Made by a program: the position numbers and the translations under genes
Notes under the pieces: model-generated
Seen by the model: only the letters and a program-made list of their open reading frames with translations
Told to the model about the DNA's origin: nothing
The model's database searches: none
Source: Escherichia coli
Lineage (GTDB): Bacteria > Pseudomonadota > Gammaproteobacteria > Enterobacterales > Enterobacteriaceae
Assembly (NCBI RefSeq): GCF_002854065.1
Contig: NZ_CP024147.1
Length of the DNA stretch: 64,000 bases
Strand: one strand, 5' to 3'
In this document: positions 22,559-32,047 of the stretch, in pieces
Layout of the letters: the number at the start of each line of letters is the position of its first letter
Numbering within the stretch: the stretch's first letter is position 1

Positions 22559-23413
22559 TCAGGACAGGAAGCCCAGCGCATTGCCGATAATTCCTAAGCC
22601 AAACAGGGCGAAAATCAGCCATACCGGGTTAATTTTTTTGTTGAGCAGACGAACCATTAGTAGCGTCAGACCGAGCGCCAGCAAACCAGGGCAAAGTTGG
22701 TCGAGAATGTTCTGCACGGTCATGGTGACGGTGGAGCCATCGGCGGCATGCGTTTGTGAAACCACCAACGGTACGTTGATTGACGTCCATTTGGTGACCA
22801 GCACGCCCATCACAAACAGTCCGAGAATCGACGCGCCTTCGGTGAGTTTTTGCAGCACATTCCCGCCCATATCGCTGACGATATTCACCCCTTTGCGAAA
22901 GCCGAGCTGTAGGCCATACCACTTCATCGCCAGACGCACCGCGTTGAAAATAAAGAAGAACAGCAGCGGGCCGAGAATGTTGCCCGAAAGTGCCAGAGAT
23001 GCGCCGAGCGCGGCGGTAATCGGGCGCAGCGTTCCCCAGACCAGTGGGTCGCCAACCCCTGCCAATGGTCCCATCAGACCGACTTTGATGCCGTTAATGG
23101 TACCGTCATCAATTTCCGCGCCGTTGGCCCGCGCCTCTTCCATGGCGGCAGTGACGCCGATGACCGGGCCACATACGGCTGGCGTGGTATTGAAGAACAC
23201 CAGGTGTCGCCTGAGCGCCGCAACCTGATCCTCTTTTAATGGGTAAAGTCGCTTGATGGCGGGGATCATGTCGTAGCAAAAACCCAGCCCGTGAATACGT
23301 TCAAAGTTAAAGGACGCCTGTTGCAGGTTGGAGCGCAGAAACATGCTCACCAGATCGCTGCGTGTAATTTTTCTCTGTTCCATGATGGCTCCGTTAATCG
23401 TCAAGTTGGTCAA
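22559..23413 (-). CDS. sorM: PTS mannose/sorbose-family EIID component
   Basis: 284 aa from a TTG start, or from internal MEQRKITRSDLVSMFLRS; ManZ-like N-terminus. Confidence 0.85.
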   Translation of the reverse strand: MTNLTINGAIMEQRKITRSDLVSMFLRSNLQQASFNFERIHGLGFCYDMIPAIKRLYPLKEDQVAALRRHLVFFNTTPAVCGPVIGVTAAMEEARANGAEIDDGTINGIKVGLMGPLAGVGDPLVWGTLRPITAALGASLALSGNILGPLLFFFIFNAVRLAMKWYGLQLGFRKGVNIVSDMGGNVLQKLTEGASILGLFVMGVLVTKWTSINVPLVVSQTHAADGSTVTMTVQNILDQLCPGLLALGLTLLMVRLLNKKINPVWLIFALFGLGIIGNALGFLS

Positions 23414-24191
23414 GGGCGGTGGAGGCGGTGGCCTGGAGTTGAGGTTCAGCTTTACGCCACTGTGGATTTAGCTGGATGTAGACCAGGGCCATGATCACGC
23501 CGACGCCACCGAACGCCAGCAGACTGAGATCGAGGTAGCCACCTGCGAGGAAACCGAGGAAAAAGAAAGGCATCAAATATTTCACGCCCATCATACGTAG
23601 CACCATGGCGTAACCGACCACCACGATAAAACCGCCAGCAATCTGTAGTCCTCGGGTCACAAATTCGGGAATGGCGTTTAACATATTGCTGACCATATCG
23701 GCGCTGACGAACAGCGAGACAATCAGTGCCGGAATAGCAACGCGCAGCGCCTGCACGCCAAGCGCGGAGACATGCAGAATATCGAAAGTGCGAAACCGCG
23801 CCTCTTCCGCTGCTTTATCCGCCGCGTGCTGGAACACTACGGTGATGGTACGGGCAAACACCGTCAGCACCTGGCCTGCCGCAGCCACAGGCAACGCGAT
23901 GGCGATTCCGGTGGCGATGCTTTGCTGACCAACGATAACCAGAATGGCGGAGATTATGCTGGCGAGTGCAGAGTCCGGAGATTGCGCCGCGCCGACGTTC
24001 ATCCAGCCGAGAGCTATCAATTCCAGCGTACCACCGAGTATTATTCCGGTTTTTAAATCACCGAGAATTAAACCAATCACCGTACAGGCAATTAACGGGC
24101 GATGAGTCTGAAATTCATCCAGCACGCTGCCCATTCCGGCAATACAGGAAAAAAGAAATATAGCAATAATTTGTAGGGTACTTATTTCCAT
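23394..24191 (-). CDS. sorA: PTS mannose/sorbose-family EIIC component
   Basis: 265 aa polytopic membrane protein, ManY-like; overlaps sorM start. Confidence 0.85.
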   Translation of the reverse strand: MEISTLQIIAIFLFSCIAGMGSVLDEFQTHRPLIACTVIGLILGDLKTGIILGGTLELIALGWMNVGAAQSPDSALASIISAILVIVGQQSIATGIAIALPVAAAGQVLTVFARTITVVFQHAADKAAEEARFRTFDILHVSALGVQALRVAIPALIVSLFVSADMVSNMLNAIPEFVTRGLQIAGGFIVVVGYAMVLRMMGVKYLMPFFFLGFLAGGYLDLSLLAFGGVGVIMALVYIQLNPQWRKAEPQLQATASTALDQLDD

Positions 24192-24256
24192 GATTTGTCA
24201 CCTTTTAAGTGTCGTCATCCCTGCCTGTTAAAGCATATGTACACAGGCGCTATTAT

Positions 24257-24751
24257 TTAATTTGCGATTAACTGTTCGTTTATTTTGTCGATAATATTGA
24301 TTGAGGGATCTGACGCTACGACGCGTAAATCCAATATGACGCCAAGATTATTTAACTCATGAAATGCGTTAATATCATCATCATCTAATGAAACCGCTTT
24401 GGTTAACTGTTTTTTACCGGGCCGCCAGGCCATGCCGCCAATATTCAGGGTGCCTATTTTTACCCCCTGGCGAACCATCGCTAAGGCATCCTGTGGGCGA
24501 GTGAAAAGATAAAAAACGGTTTCGTCCTGATATTGCGGGTTGTGATAAACCGCGATGGCTTTTTCAATATTGACCACGTTAACCTTCATTCCCGGTGGCG
24601 CAGCCTGACGCAATAATGTCCGGCGAACTTCATCGTTATAAACTTCGTCATTGCAGATAATAATGCGCTGGGCGTTAGCCACTTTCGACCAGACGGTAGT
24701 GACCTGACCGTGGATCAGGCGGTCATCAATGCGGGCGAGCGTAATGTTCAT
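24257..24751 (-). CDS. sorB: PTS mannose/sorbose-family EIIB component
   Basis: 164 aa, MNITLARIDDRLIHGQV (EIIB-Man signature); ATGA overlap with sorF. Confidence 0.87.
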   Translation of the reverse strand: MNITLARIDDRLIHGQVTTVWSKVANAQRIIICNDEVYNDEVRRTLLRQAAPPGMKVNVVNIEKAIAVYHNPQYQDETVFYLFTRPQDALAMVRQGVKIGTLNIGGMAWRPGKKQLTKAVSLDDDDINAFHELNNLGVILDLRVVASDPSINIIDKINEQLIAN

Positions 24752-25158
24752 CAGAAATCCTCCTCTGTCGTTGCCAGTTGTTTCCAGACAACGCAGGATT
24801 GCTTTGCGATTTGCGTCAGGTGTTCACACAGTTCATCAACATTCATGCTGTCCTGGTTATCAACCAGTTCGAGGGCCAGCGGCAGAGAAAGGCCGCTGAT
24901 TACCCGCAGACGAGGATTGCGCATCGCAAGCATCGCTGCCGCATTCCACGGGCTGCCGCACTGTAAATCCACGGTAATCAGCCACTCATCTTGATTGTGA
25001 ATGCTTACTAACTTTTCCAGCTTTGCTACGATGTCTCCGGCGTTCTCGCCGGGCACAAATTCAACGGCTTCAACATTGGTGTTGCCGTAAACCATCTGAA
25101 CCGATTCCAGCATGGCGCAAGCTAATTTGCCGTGGGCACAAAAAATGGCGTTGACCAT
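24751..25158 (-). CDS. sorF: PTS mannose/sorbose-family EIIA component
   Basis: 135 aa, MVNAIFCAHGKLA... EIIA-Man-like. Confidence 0.85.
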   Translation of the reverse strand: MVNAIFCAHGKLACAMLESVQMVYGNTNVEAVEFVPGENAGDIVAKLEKLVSIHNQDEWLITVDLQCGSPWNAAAMLAMRNPRLRVISGLSLPLALELVDNQDSMNVDELCEHLTQIAKQSCVVWKQLATTEEDF

Positions 25159-25167
25159 AAAGCCTCC

Positions 25168-25974
25168 TTATCCGCGCGTTTTGCCGCCCGCAATGTTAGT
25201 GGTTACTCCGGTGATGTAGCTGGCGCGTTCAGACAACAGATAACAAACAAAATCAGCGACTTCTGCTAATCTTCCGGCGCGCCCAATAGGAATGGCGTTT
25301 TTGGTATAGCCTTCACGCAGCTGCTCGACGGTGATATTGCGCGTCCACGCCAGCGCCTCTTCATATTCCGGCGTGCGTAGCCCGGTTTTTTCCAGAATCC
25401 CCGGCGCGATACCGACCACACGGATACCGTGTTTACCCAGCTCTTTCGACCAGGAGCGCGTGAAGCTATTGAGCGCGGCTTTGGTAGCGGCGTAACAGCT
25501 TTGTCCTTCTGAGCCTTCCAGTCCACTTTCTGAGGAAACATTCACAATCACGCCATCATGTTGTTTGACCATCTGTCGCGCCACCGCCTGCGACATCAGA
25601 AAAACGCCTTTCTGGTTGATATTGACCATTTTTTCGAATACAGCTTCGTTGAGTTCATACTTCCCGGCAGGCGCTTTCTCATCGACCAGCAGACGCGGGA
25701 AATTGACCCCGGCGTTATTGACCAGACCGTCGATGCGACCAAAACGCTGGATAATTTCCGCTACCGTATGATTTACCTCTTTGGCGCTGGAAATATCGGT
25801 CGGCCAAAACTGATAGCCTTTATGACCTTCATATTGTCCATCGCCACCGTGAATATCGACCATCTGTACATTCGCGCCTTGTGCTAATAATTCCTCTACA
25901 ATAGCCAGACCAATACCGGATGCGCCGCCGGTGACGATAATGATTTTATCCTGCAAATTTAACCACGTTTGCAT
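25168..25974 (-). CDS. sorD: Short-chain dehydrogenase/reductase, probable D-glucitol-6-phosphate dehydrogenase
   Basis: 268 aa; TGGASGIG NAD-binding motif and YxxxK catalytic motif. Confidence 0.85.
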   Translation of the reverse strand: MQTWLNLQDKIIIVTGGASGIGLAIVEELLAQGANVQMVDIHGGDGQYEGHKGYQFWPTDISSAKEVNHTVAEIIQRFGRIDGLVNNAGVNFPRLLVDEKAPAGKYELNEAVFEKMVNINQKGVFLMSQAVARQMVKQHDGVIVNVSSESGLEGSEGQSCYAATKAALNSFTRSWSKELGKHGIRVVGIAPGILEKTGLRTPEYEEALAWTRNITVEQLREGYTKNAIPIGRAGRLAEVADFVCYLLSERASYITGVTTNIAGGKTRG

Positions 25975-26043
25975 AACAGACTCCTGATTTTAGATAATAG
26001 GGACCCGCCGTAATTTTTATTACGATAATCATCGGGAAGATTT

Positions 26044-26991
26044 TTATTTCAGTAATAGTTCAGCTGTGCTGCTATTCGTTACCAGACAATTAATATATTT
26101 TCCACGCAGTGCACCAATAATTCCGCTGTATTTTTCTTCACTCATGGCAATGCCAATTGAATATCGTGCCTGCTTTAATTTATTCATTTCGATAGAGAGT
26201 GTTTTTTCGCTCATATTCGTTTCAACCATTGCGCCGTGAATATCAAAAAAGCGCGAGCAAATATCGCCAGCAACCTGGCGGGCATTCAGGTCGTCACTCT
26301 CTTCACCACCATAAAACGCATGCCAGTTAGCGCCGTCGCGAATGGCCGGTGAGCCAATTCCCACCAGGGCGACATCCAGATTATCCCAGTAGGCAGAGAT
26401 GGTTTTAAAGTGCTGAGACTGCATGATCCCATTACGAATTAAGGGGTTATCCAGCAGAGCCGGAAAATCCGCGAGATGCGATTCCCCTTTCAGCTTCGCA
26501 GCCGCGCTGTAGGTTAATGTGTTTACGTGATAGCGGCTTTCGAGTTTACCGGACGGTCCGCCAATAATTGGTACGCAGATTAACTGCCGCGATTGCCCCG
26601 CCTGCGGCAAGTTTTCAACCAGTGCGCTCACCGCGCGACCCCAGGAAAAACCGACAATATCGCCAGGCTCCAGCAAGCGATCCAGCAGTTGCGCGCCGTG
26701 TAACCCCATCATCGCCAGTTGAGTCTCTTCATCCTCATCATTTCCCGACACCACCACAACGTCTTTCAGGCCAAACTTTTGCTTCAGTTGCTGCTCCAGC
26801 CAGAGATTTTCGTTGTAGTCATAGTTGATGGCGATGGTGACAATTCCCTGATCGCGGCCTCGTTTAAGCAAGCGGCTGATGGTGGTGCGGTAAATACCCA
26901 GTTCGCGCGCGATTTGCGCCTGCGTCATATCCTGTTCGTAATAGAGTTGGGCAATCTTCACAATCAAACGGATATCGTCACTGTTTTCCAT
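26044..26991 (-). CDS. sorC: SorC-family transcriptional regulator of the sorbose operon
   Basis: ORF 26044..27075; likely start MENSDDIRLIVKIAQ with AGGAGG RBS upstream; N-terminal HTH, C-terminal sugar-phosphate binding domain. Confidence 0.85.
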   Translation of the reverse strand: MENSDDIRLIVKIAQLYYEQDMTQAQIARELGIYRTTISRLLKRGRDQGIVTIAINYDYNENLWLEQQLKQKFGLKDVVVVSGNDEDEETQLAMMGLHGAQLLDRLLEPGDIVGFSWGRAVSALVENLPQAGQSRQLICVPIIGGPSGKLESRYHVNTLTYSAAAKLKGESHLADFPALLDNPLIRNGIMQSQHFKTISAYWDNLDVALVGIGSPAIRDGANWHAFYGGEESDDLNARQVAGDICSRFFDIHGAMVETNMSEKTLSIEMNKLKQARYSIGIAMSEEKYSGIIGALRGKYINCLVTNSSTAELLLK

Positions 26992-27338
26992 TGCCGCCTC
27001 CTGGTTCTGCACATTTGTGCAAATACGCTTTCTCACCGCTTGATCTGATATAACCCCATCATGATGGCCTTTCAAAGCGATTTTTCACTCTTTGCATGGG
27101 GAGAAATAGCGCTTTCTCTTGCACATTTGTTTCTCTGCGCAGTAGTCATCAGCACAGGTGTGCAGCGATTCGTAATATGTTGATTATCCTTATTTTGACA
27201 GGCAAATTTGCATTGTACTTCCGGAGACACTTTTGTGATAAAAGGCGTGGCAGATCACATTTAATTTCGACGTTGCCGCATAACCCTGTTTTTCCCCGCT
27301 AAGAGGTACGGTATATTCCGCGTTTTACAGGAGAATTT

Positions 27339-28211
27339 ATGCTGCCCGACTCATCAGTCCGTTTAAATAAATACATCAGCGAAAGCGGAATTTGCTCACG
27401 CCGCGAAGCGGATCGCTATATCGAGCAAGGCAATGTGTTCCTTAATGGCAAGCGAGCCACCATTGGCGATCAGGTGAAACCCGGCGACGTTGTGAAAGTA
27501 AACGGTCAGTTGATTGAACCTCGGGAAGCCGAAGATTTGGTACTTATCGCCCTGAACAAGCCCGTCGGTATTGTCAGCACCACCGAAGATGGCGAGCGCG
27601 ATAACATTGTCGATTTTGTTAACCACAGCAAACGCGTGTTCCCGATTGGCCGCCTGGATAAAGACTCCCAGGGGCTGATTTTCCTCACCAATCACGGCGA
27701 TCTGGTGAATAAGATCCTCCGTGCGGGTAACGATCATGAGAAAGAGTATCTGGTGACGGTCGATAAACCGATTACCGATGAATTTATTCGTGGTATGGGG
27801 GCGGGGGTGCCGATCCTCGGGACGGTGACTAAAAAGTGCAAAGTCAAAAAAGAAGCGCCGTTTGTCTTCCGCATTACCCTGGTGCAGGGGCTGAACCGTC
27901 AGATCCGGCGCATGTGCGAGCATTTCGGCTATGAAGTGAAAAAGCTGGAACGTACGCGCATTATGAACGTCAGCTTAAGCGGCATTCCGCTGGGAGAATG
28001 GCGCGATTTAACCGACGACGAGCTTATCGATCTCTTTAAGCTCATTGAAAATTCCTCTTCCGAGGCGAAGCCCAAAGCGAAGGCCAAACCGAAAACAGCG
28101 GGCATCAAACGTCCAGTCGTTAAGATGGAAAAAACGGCGGAAAAAGGCGGTCGCCCGGCGTCCAACGGTAAGCGTTTTACCTCGCCGGGGCGTAAAAAGA
28201 AGGGGCGCTAA
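27339..28211 (+). CDS. rluF: 23S rRNA pseudouridine synthase RluF
   Basis: 290 aa; S4 domain plus RsuA-type catalytic domain; basic Lys/Ala-rich C-terminal tail. Confidence 0.93.
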   Translation: MLPDSSVRLNKYISESGICSRREADRYIEQGNVFLNGKRATIGDQVKPGDVVKVNGQLIEPREAEDLVLIALNKPVGIVSTTEDGERDNIVDFVNHSKRVFPIGRLDKDSQGLIFLTNHGDLVNKILRAGNDHEKEYLVTVDKPITDEFIRGMGAGVPILGTVTKKCKVKKEAPFVFRITLVQGLNRQIRRMCEHFGYEVKKLERTRIMNVSLSGIPLGEWRDLTDDELIDLFKLIENSSSEAKPKAKAKPKTAGIKRPVVKMEKTAEKGGRPASNGKRFTSPGRKKKGR

Positions 28212-28484
28212 TCAGCGCCTGCCGCGCGTCGACGTATTTGCTGACCAGCTAAATGACGCTTCAGGATCCGGTTTATAAGCCTGCTTTTTCTTCAATTGGC
28301 GGGCTTTTTTTGCTTCAGCCTCACGCTCAACCATTAATTTATCGATGTAATCTTTCTTAATGCTGTTGGTTTCGGAGTTGGTCAGTACGCGACCATGCGC
28401 AATCCGCGCCCGATCCAGCAGTGTTTTAAGTTCACGCTGCTCGCGTTCAGTCATCTCTTTTTGGGTAATACGGGGGAGTGCCAT
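28212..28484 (-). CDS. yjbD: Small conserved protein YjbD
   Basis: 90 aa, MALPRITQKEMTEREQRELKTLLDRARIAHG... Confidence 0.85.
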   Translation of the reverse strand: MALPRITQKEMTEREQRELKTLLDRARIAHGRVLTNSETNSIKKDYIDKLMVEREAEAKKARQLKKKQAYKPDPEASFSWSANTSTRGRR

Positions 28485-28582
28485 GATGGTGCCCTCAGTG
28501 AGCCAGAGAGTTCAGTGTACGGGAATTCGTTTGCGAGCAGAACTGATAATATTCCTTTGTTCTCTTCGGTAATGACTCCAAC

Positions 28583-29086
28583 TTATTGATAGTGTTTTAT
28601 GTTCAGATAATGCCCGATGACTTTGTCATGCAGCTCCACCGATTTTGAGAACGACAGCGACTTCCGTCCCAGCCGTGCCAGGTGCTGCCTCAGATTCAGG
28701 TTATGCCGCTCAATTCGCTGCGTATATCGCTTGCTGATTACGTGCAGCTTTCCCTTCAGGCGGGATTCATACAGCGGCCAGCCATCCGTCATCCATATCA
28801 CCACGTCAAAGGGTGACAGCAGGCTCATAAGACGCCCCAGCGTCGCCATAGTGCGTTCACCGAATACGTGCGCAACAACCGTCTTCCGGAGCCTGTCATA
28901 CGCGTAAAACAGCCAGCGCTGGCGCGATTTAGCCCCGACGTATCCCCACTGTTCGTCCATTTCCGCGCAGACGATGACGTCACTGCCCGGCTGTATGCGC
29001 GAGGTTACCGACTGCGGCCTGAGTTTTTTAAATGGCGGAAAATCGTGTTGAGGCCAACGCCCATAATGCGGGCGGTTGCCCGGCAT
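28583..29086 (-). CDS. insB: IS1 InsB (transposase C-terminal part, expressed as InsAB' by -1 frameshift)
   Basis: 167 aa ORF matching IS1 InsB. Confidence 0.9.
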   Translation of the reverse strand: MPGNRPHYGRWPQHDFPPFKKLRPQSVTSRIQPGSDVIVCAEMDEQWGYVGAKSRQRWLFYAYDRLRKTVVAHVFGERTMATLGRLMSLLSPFDVVIWMTDGWPLYESRLKGKLHVISKRYTQRIERHNLNLRQHLARLGRKSLSFSKSVELHDKVIGHYLNIKHYQ

Positions 29087-29280
29087 CCAACGCCATTCAT
29101 GGCCATATCAATGATTTTCTGGTGCGTACCGGGTTGAGAAGCGGTGTAAGTGAACTGCAGTTGCCATGTTTTACGGCAGTGAGAGCAGAGATAGCGCTGA
29201 TGTCCGGCAGTGCTTTTGCCGTTACGCACCACCCCGTCAGTAGCTGAACAGGAGGGACAGCTGATAGAAACAGAAGCCAC
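29005..29280 (-). CDS. insA: IS1 InsA (transposition repressor / transposase N-terminus)
   Basis: 91 aa, [40 protein letters not shown]... Confidence 0.9.
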   Translation of the reverse strand: MASVSISCPSCSATDGVVRNGKSTAGHQRYLCSHCRKTWQLQFTYTASQPGTHQKIIDMAMNGVGCRATARIMGVGLNTIFRHLKNSGRSR

Positions 29281-29330
29281 TGGAGCACCTCAAAAACACC
29301 ATCATACACTAAATCAGTAAGTTGGCAGCA

Positions 29331-30029
29331 TCACCCGTTGGTGCTTTCCCAGCTTAATGCCGCTGAGGTGGTTTTTATCATGACTTCTGTTCGGTAGCCT
29401 GCATCTTTGAGTTTTTTTAATGTTTGTAGCGGCGTAGCGGCATTACGAAATGTTCCTTCGACAACAATATTGAGTTTATTGGCTATGGCCCTCTCTATTG
29501 CACGTTCGACCGTTTCGCCGGAAAATTTTGCCGTATGGGTAACAAAATCGTCGCCATAAGTTTGATATATATAATTAAAATCAGGGTGTAGAAATCTGAA
29601 ATCATCACCATTAATAATCATTATATTATTCTTTGTTTCCCTTTTTGCTAATTCGATTAGGGCGGATTTTCCGGCTCCTGGTTGTCCACCTAAAACAAAA
29701 CCAATGGGACTCTGCTGGGATGTGACGTCATGGTTTGTCAGACGCTGCCAAATAGAATCAAAAGACGCTTTATTTTCTGAATGCGCAGTATTATTAAATT
29801 CACGCTGATACTTTTTTCTGACCTGCTGGAGGCGTAACTTTTCCTGTGTAAAATCAACAAGTTCTGCTTGAGTGGAATAAAGATTGTCGCGATAGCTGAC
29901 TAATTGTGATAGCTCATCGTCTGAGTCCTGAACTTGTGAGGAAAAACAACTGTCGACGATATTTGATAAAAACGCGATGCACTGACTGGCGCCGTTTAAA
30001 AGTGCATCCTTTTCCATTAAAGTAGCCAT
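29331..30029 (-). CDS. Zeta-toxin-like P-loop kinase domain protein, reading frame runs into the IS1 end (probably C-terminally truncated)
   Basis: ORF 29331..30035 with likely ATG at 30029 preceded by AGGAG; Walker A GGQPGAGKS, then INGDDFR and VEGTFR motifs; AT-rich; stop codon lies inside IS1 terminal repeat. Confidence 0.55.
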   Translation of the reverse strand: MATLMEKDALLNGASQCIAFLSNIVDSCFSSQVQDSDDELSQLVSYRDNLYSTQAELVDFTQEKLRLQQVRKKYQREFNNTAHSENKASFDSIWQRLTNHDVTSQQSPIGFVLGGQPGAGKSALIELAKRETKNNIMIINGDDFRFLHPDFNYIYQTYGDDFVTHTAKFSGETVERAIERAIANKLNIVVEGTFRNAATPLQTLKKLKDAGYRTEVMIKTTSAALSWESTNG

Positions 30030-30173
30030 TAACACTCCTGTTAAATGATATTTTTCGGTGATTGTAATACTGTTCTACAGGAGTGATTTTGCTTTTCAGA
30101 TATTATTTAATCTATGTTTTCAGTGAGGATGGCGTATAACAATTGGTGAGCGTTATACGCCAGTAGGGAAATA

Positions 30174-31523
30174 TTACTCAAACAAATTAAAATGCAGCTT
30201 CTGCACCACCTGCTCGGCATCTTCGCCGGGTACCAGGAAGCACAGGTTATGGCTGGATGCGCCGTAACAAATCATGCGAATGTTGAACGGTTCCAGTACG
30301 CCGAATACCTCTTTGCCAACGCCGCAGGCTTTTGACAGGTCATTGCCAATCAACGCGACCAGCGCCAGACCTTCTTCCACCTCCACCCGGCACAGTGCGG
30401 AAAGCTCCATCAGCAGAGATTGCGTCAGCAACGTATCGCCAGTGGAGGTTGAACCGGTGGTATCAAGGGTTAATGCCACGCTCACTTCTGACGTGGTGAT
30501 TAAGTCTACCGAAATATTATGCCGCGCGAGGATGCCGAAAACTTCCGCGAGGAAACCGCGAGAATGCAGCATATTCAGGCTGTGCAAAGTGAGCAGAGTC
30601 TGATTGCGACGAAGCGCCAGCGCGCGGAACAGCGGCGGATTTTCAGTTTTATTGCACACCAGCGTACCACCTGCGCGTGGGTCTTTGCTGGAGCCGACAA
30701 AGACCGGGATATCGCTGCGTACTGCGGGTAGCAACGTTGCCGGATGCAGTACTTTTGCACCAAAAGTTGCCATCTCTGCCGCTTCGGCAAACGCGATTTC
30801 ATCAATGCGTTTTGCTGCGGAAACTACGCGTGGATCGGTGGTGTAGATGCCCGGGACGTCGGTCCAGATATCAACACGAGATGCGTGTAAAGCCTCCGCC
30901 AGCAAGGCTGCCGTATAATCGCTGCCTCCACGGCCAAGCGTCGTTGTACGACCTTTATTTTCGCTACCGATAAATCCCTGGGTGATCACTAAGCCTTCAT
31001 TGAGACGTGGGAGCAGCTGCAGCGCGGCCAGTTCCGCCAGCGCGGCTATATCTGGCTCTGCACGACCAAATCGGTCGTTGGTACGCATCACTTTACGTAC
31101 ATCAAACCACTGTGCCTGAACATCGCGTTCGCGCAGGATCTCAACAAACAGCAGGGTCGACATCAGCTCGCCGTGGCTGACCAGCTCATCTGTCAGCGCC
31201 GGAGACGTTGCCAGCGCCGCCGCTTCTGCCAGAACAGTAATGTTCTCCAGCAGACGTTCAATCTCTTCACGGATAACGTTCGGGTAACGCAGACGTTCCA
31301 GAATGGCAAACTGGATGTTGCGAATAGCGTCGAGTTTTTCGAATCGCTCGCCAGGTTCCAGTCCTTCAGCTAAAGCGACCAGCAGATTAGTGATACCAGC
31401 AGAAGCCGAGAGGACAACTAAACGCACGTTGGCATCAGAAAGCACAATATCAGCGCTGCGGTTCATGGCGTCAAAATCAGCTACGCTGGTACCGCCAAAT
31501 TTGGAGACAACAATTTCAGACAT
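30174..31523 (-). CDS. lysC: Lysine-sensitive aspartokinase III
   Basis: 449 aa, MSEIVVSKFGGTSVADFDAMNRSADIVL... Confidence 0.95.
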   Translation of the reverse strand: MSEIVVSKFGGTSVADFDAMNRSADIVLSDANVRLVVLSASAGITNLLVALAEGLEPGERFEKLDAIRNIQFAILERLRYPNVIREEIERLLENITVLAEAAALATSPALTDELVSHGELMSTLLFVEILRERDVQAQWFDVRKVMRTNDRFGRAEPDIAALAELAALQLLPRLNEGLVITQGFIGSENKGRTTTLGRGGSDYTAALLAEALHASRVDIWTDVPGIYTTDPRVVSAAKRIDEIAFAEAAEMATFGAKVLHPATLLPAVRSDIPVFVGSSKDPRAGGTLVCNKTENPPLFRALALRRNQTLLTLHSLNMLHSRGFLAEVFGILARHNISVDLITTSEVSVALTLDTTGSTSTGDTLLTQSLLMELSALCRVEVEEGLALVALIGNDLSKACGVGKEVFGVLEPFNIRMICYGASSHNLCFLVPGEDAEQVVQKLHFNLFE

Positions 31524-31830
31524 AACTACCTCGTGTCAGGGGATCCATTTTCAGCCTTGGCACAAGGGAAGAGCGGAAGACGGGTGGGCGCAGAGCGATA
31601 CTTCGCTACTATTTTCACCCAGAAGTGCTCCACCACTTGCGAAACGCCCGACTGCGAACGCTTCTGGTGACAACCCAGGGGATTCAGCCCCTGTAGCCGA
31701 TGATGAACGTGGCCAGCCGTTCAATCACCTCGGCGATGCACCCCCTCAGGTGTTATCACAGGACTGGCTCCTCCAACACCGTTACTTGGGCAACGCGCCT
31801 CTTCTGGCCTGCGCTAGCGCAGGTAGTACA
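31524..31830 (-). promoter_or_regulatory. lysC 5' leader containing the lysine riboswitch (L box)
   Basis: Long untranslated leader upstream of lysC; reverse complement contains GAAGAGGCGCGTTGCCCAAGTAACGGTGTTGGAGGAGCCAGTCCTGTGATAACACCTGAGGGGGTGCATCGCCGAGGTGATTGAACGGCTGG characteristic of the lysC leader. Confidence 0.75.
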
Positions 31831-32047
31831 TTTATAAATAAAGGGTGAGCGGGGCGGTTGTCAACGACGGGGTCATGCGGATTTTTCATCCACTCCTGGC
31901 GGTCAGTAGTTCAGCTAATAAATGCTTCACTGCGCTAAGGGTTTACACTCAACATTACGCTAACGGCACTAAAACCATCACATTTTTCTGTGACTGGCGC
32001 TACAATCTTCCAAAGTCACAATTCTCAAAATCAGAAGAGTATTGCTA

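Larger units (their letters stand above)
28568..29335 (-). mobile_element. IS1 insertion sequence (complete, 768 bp)
   Basis: Terminal inverted repeats GGTAATGACTCCAACTTATTGATAGTG ... CAGTAAGTTGGCAGCATCACC; contains insA and insB with A6C frameshift motif. Confidence 0.95.

Noticed and set aside
22518-23228. 236-aa plus-strand ORF
   Set aside because: Antisense within sorM; the sor reading frames give coherent PTS proteins.
23383-23413. 1-nt discrepancy between my by-eye position count and the ORF-track coordinates around the sorA/sorM junction
   Set aside because: Most likely my counting error within a line; ORF-track coordinates were used for CDS boundaries and small-feature coordinates are flagged as approximate.
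28553-29344. Searched for an 8-9 bp direct repeat flanking IS1
   Set aside because: Flanks (GTTCTCTTC vs CGTTGGTGC) do not match, so no target-site duplication is claimed.
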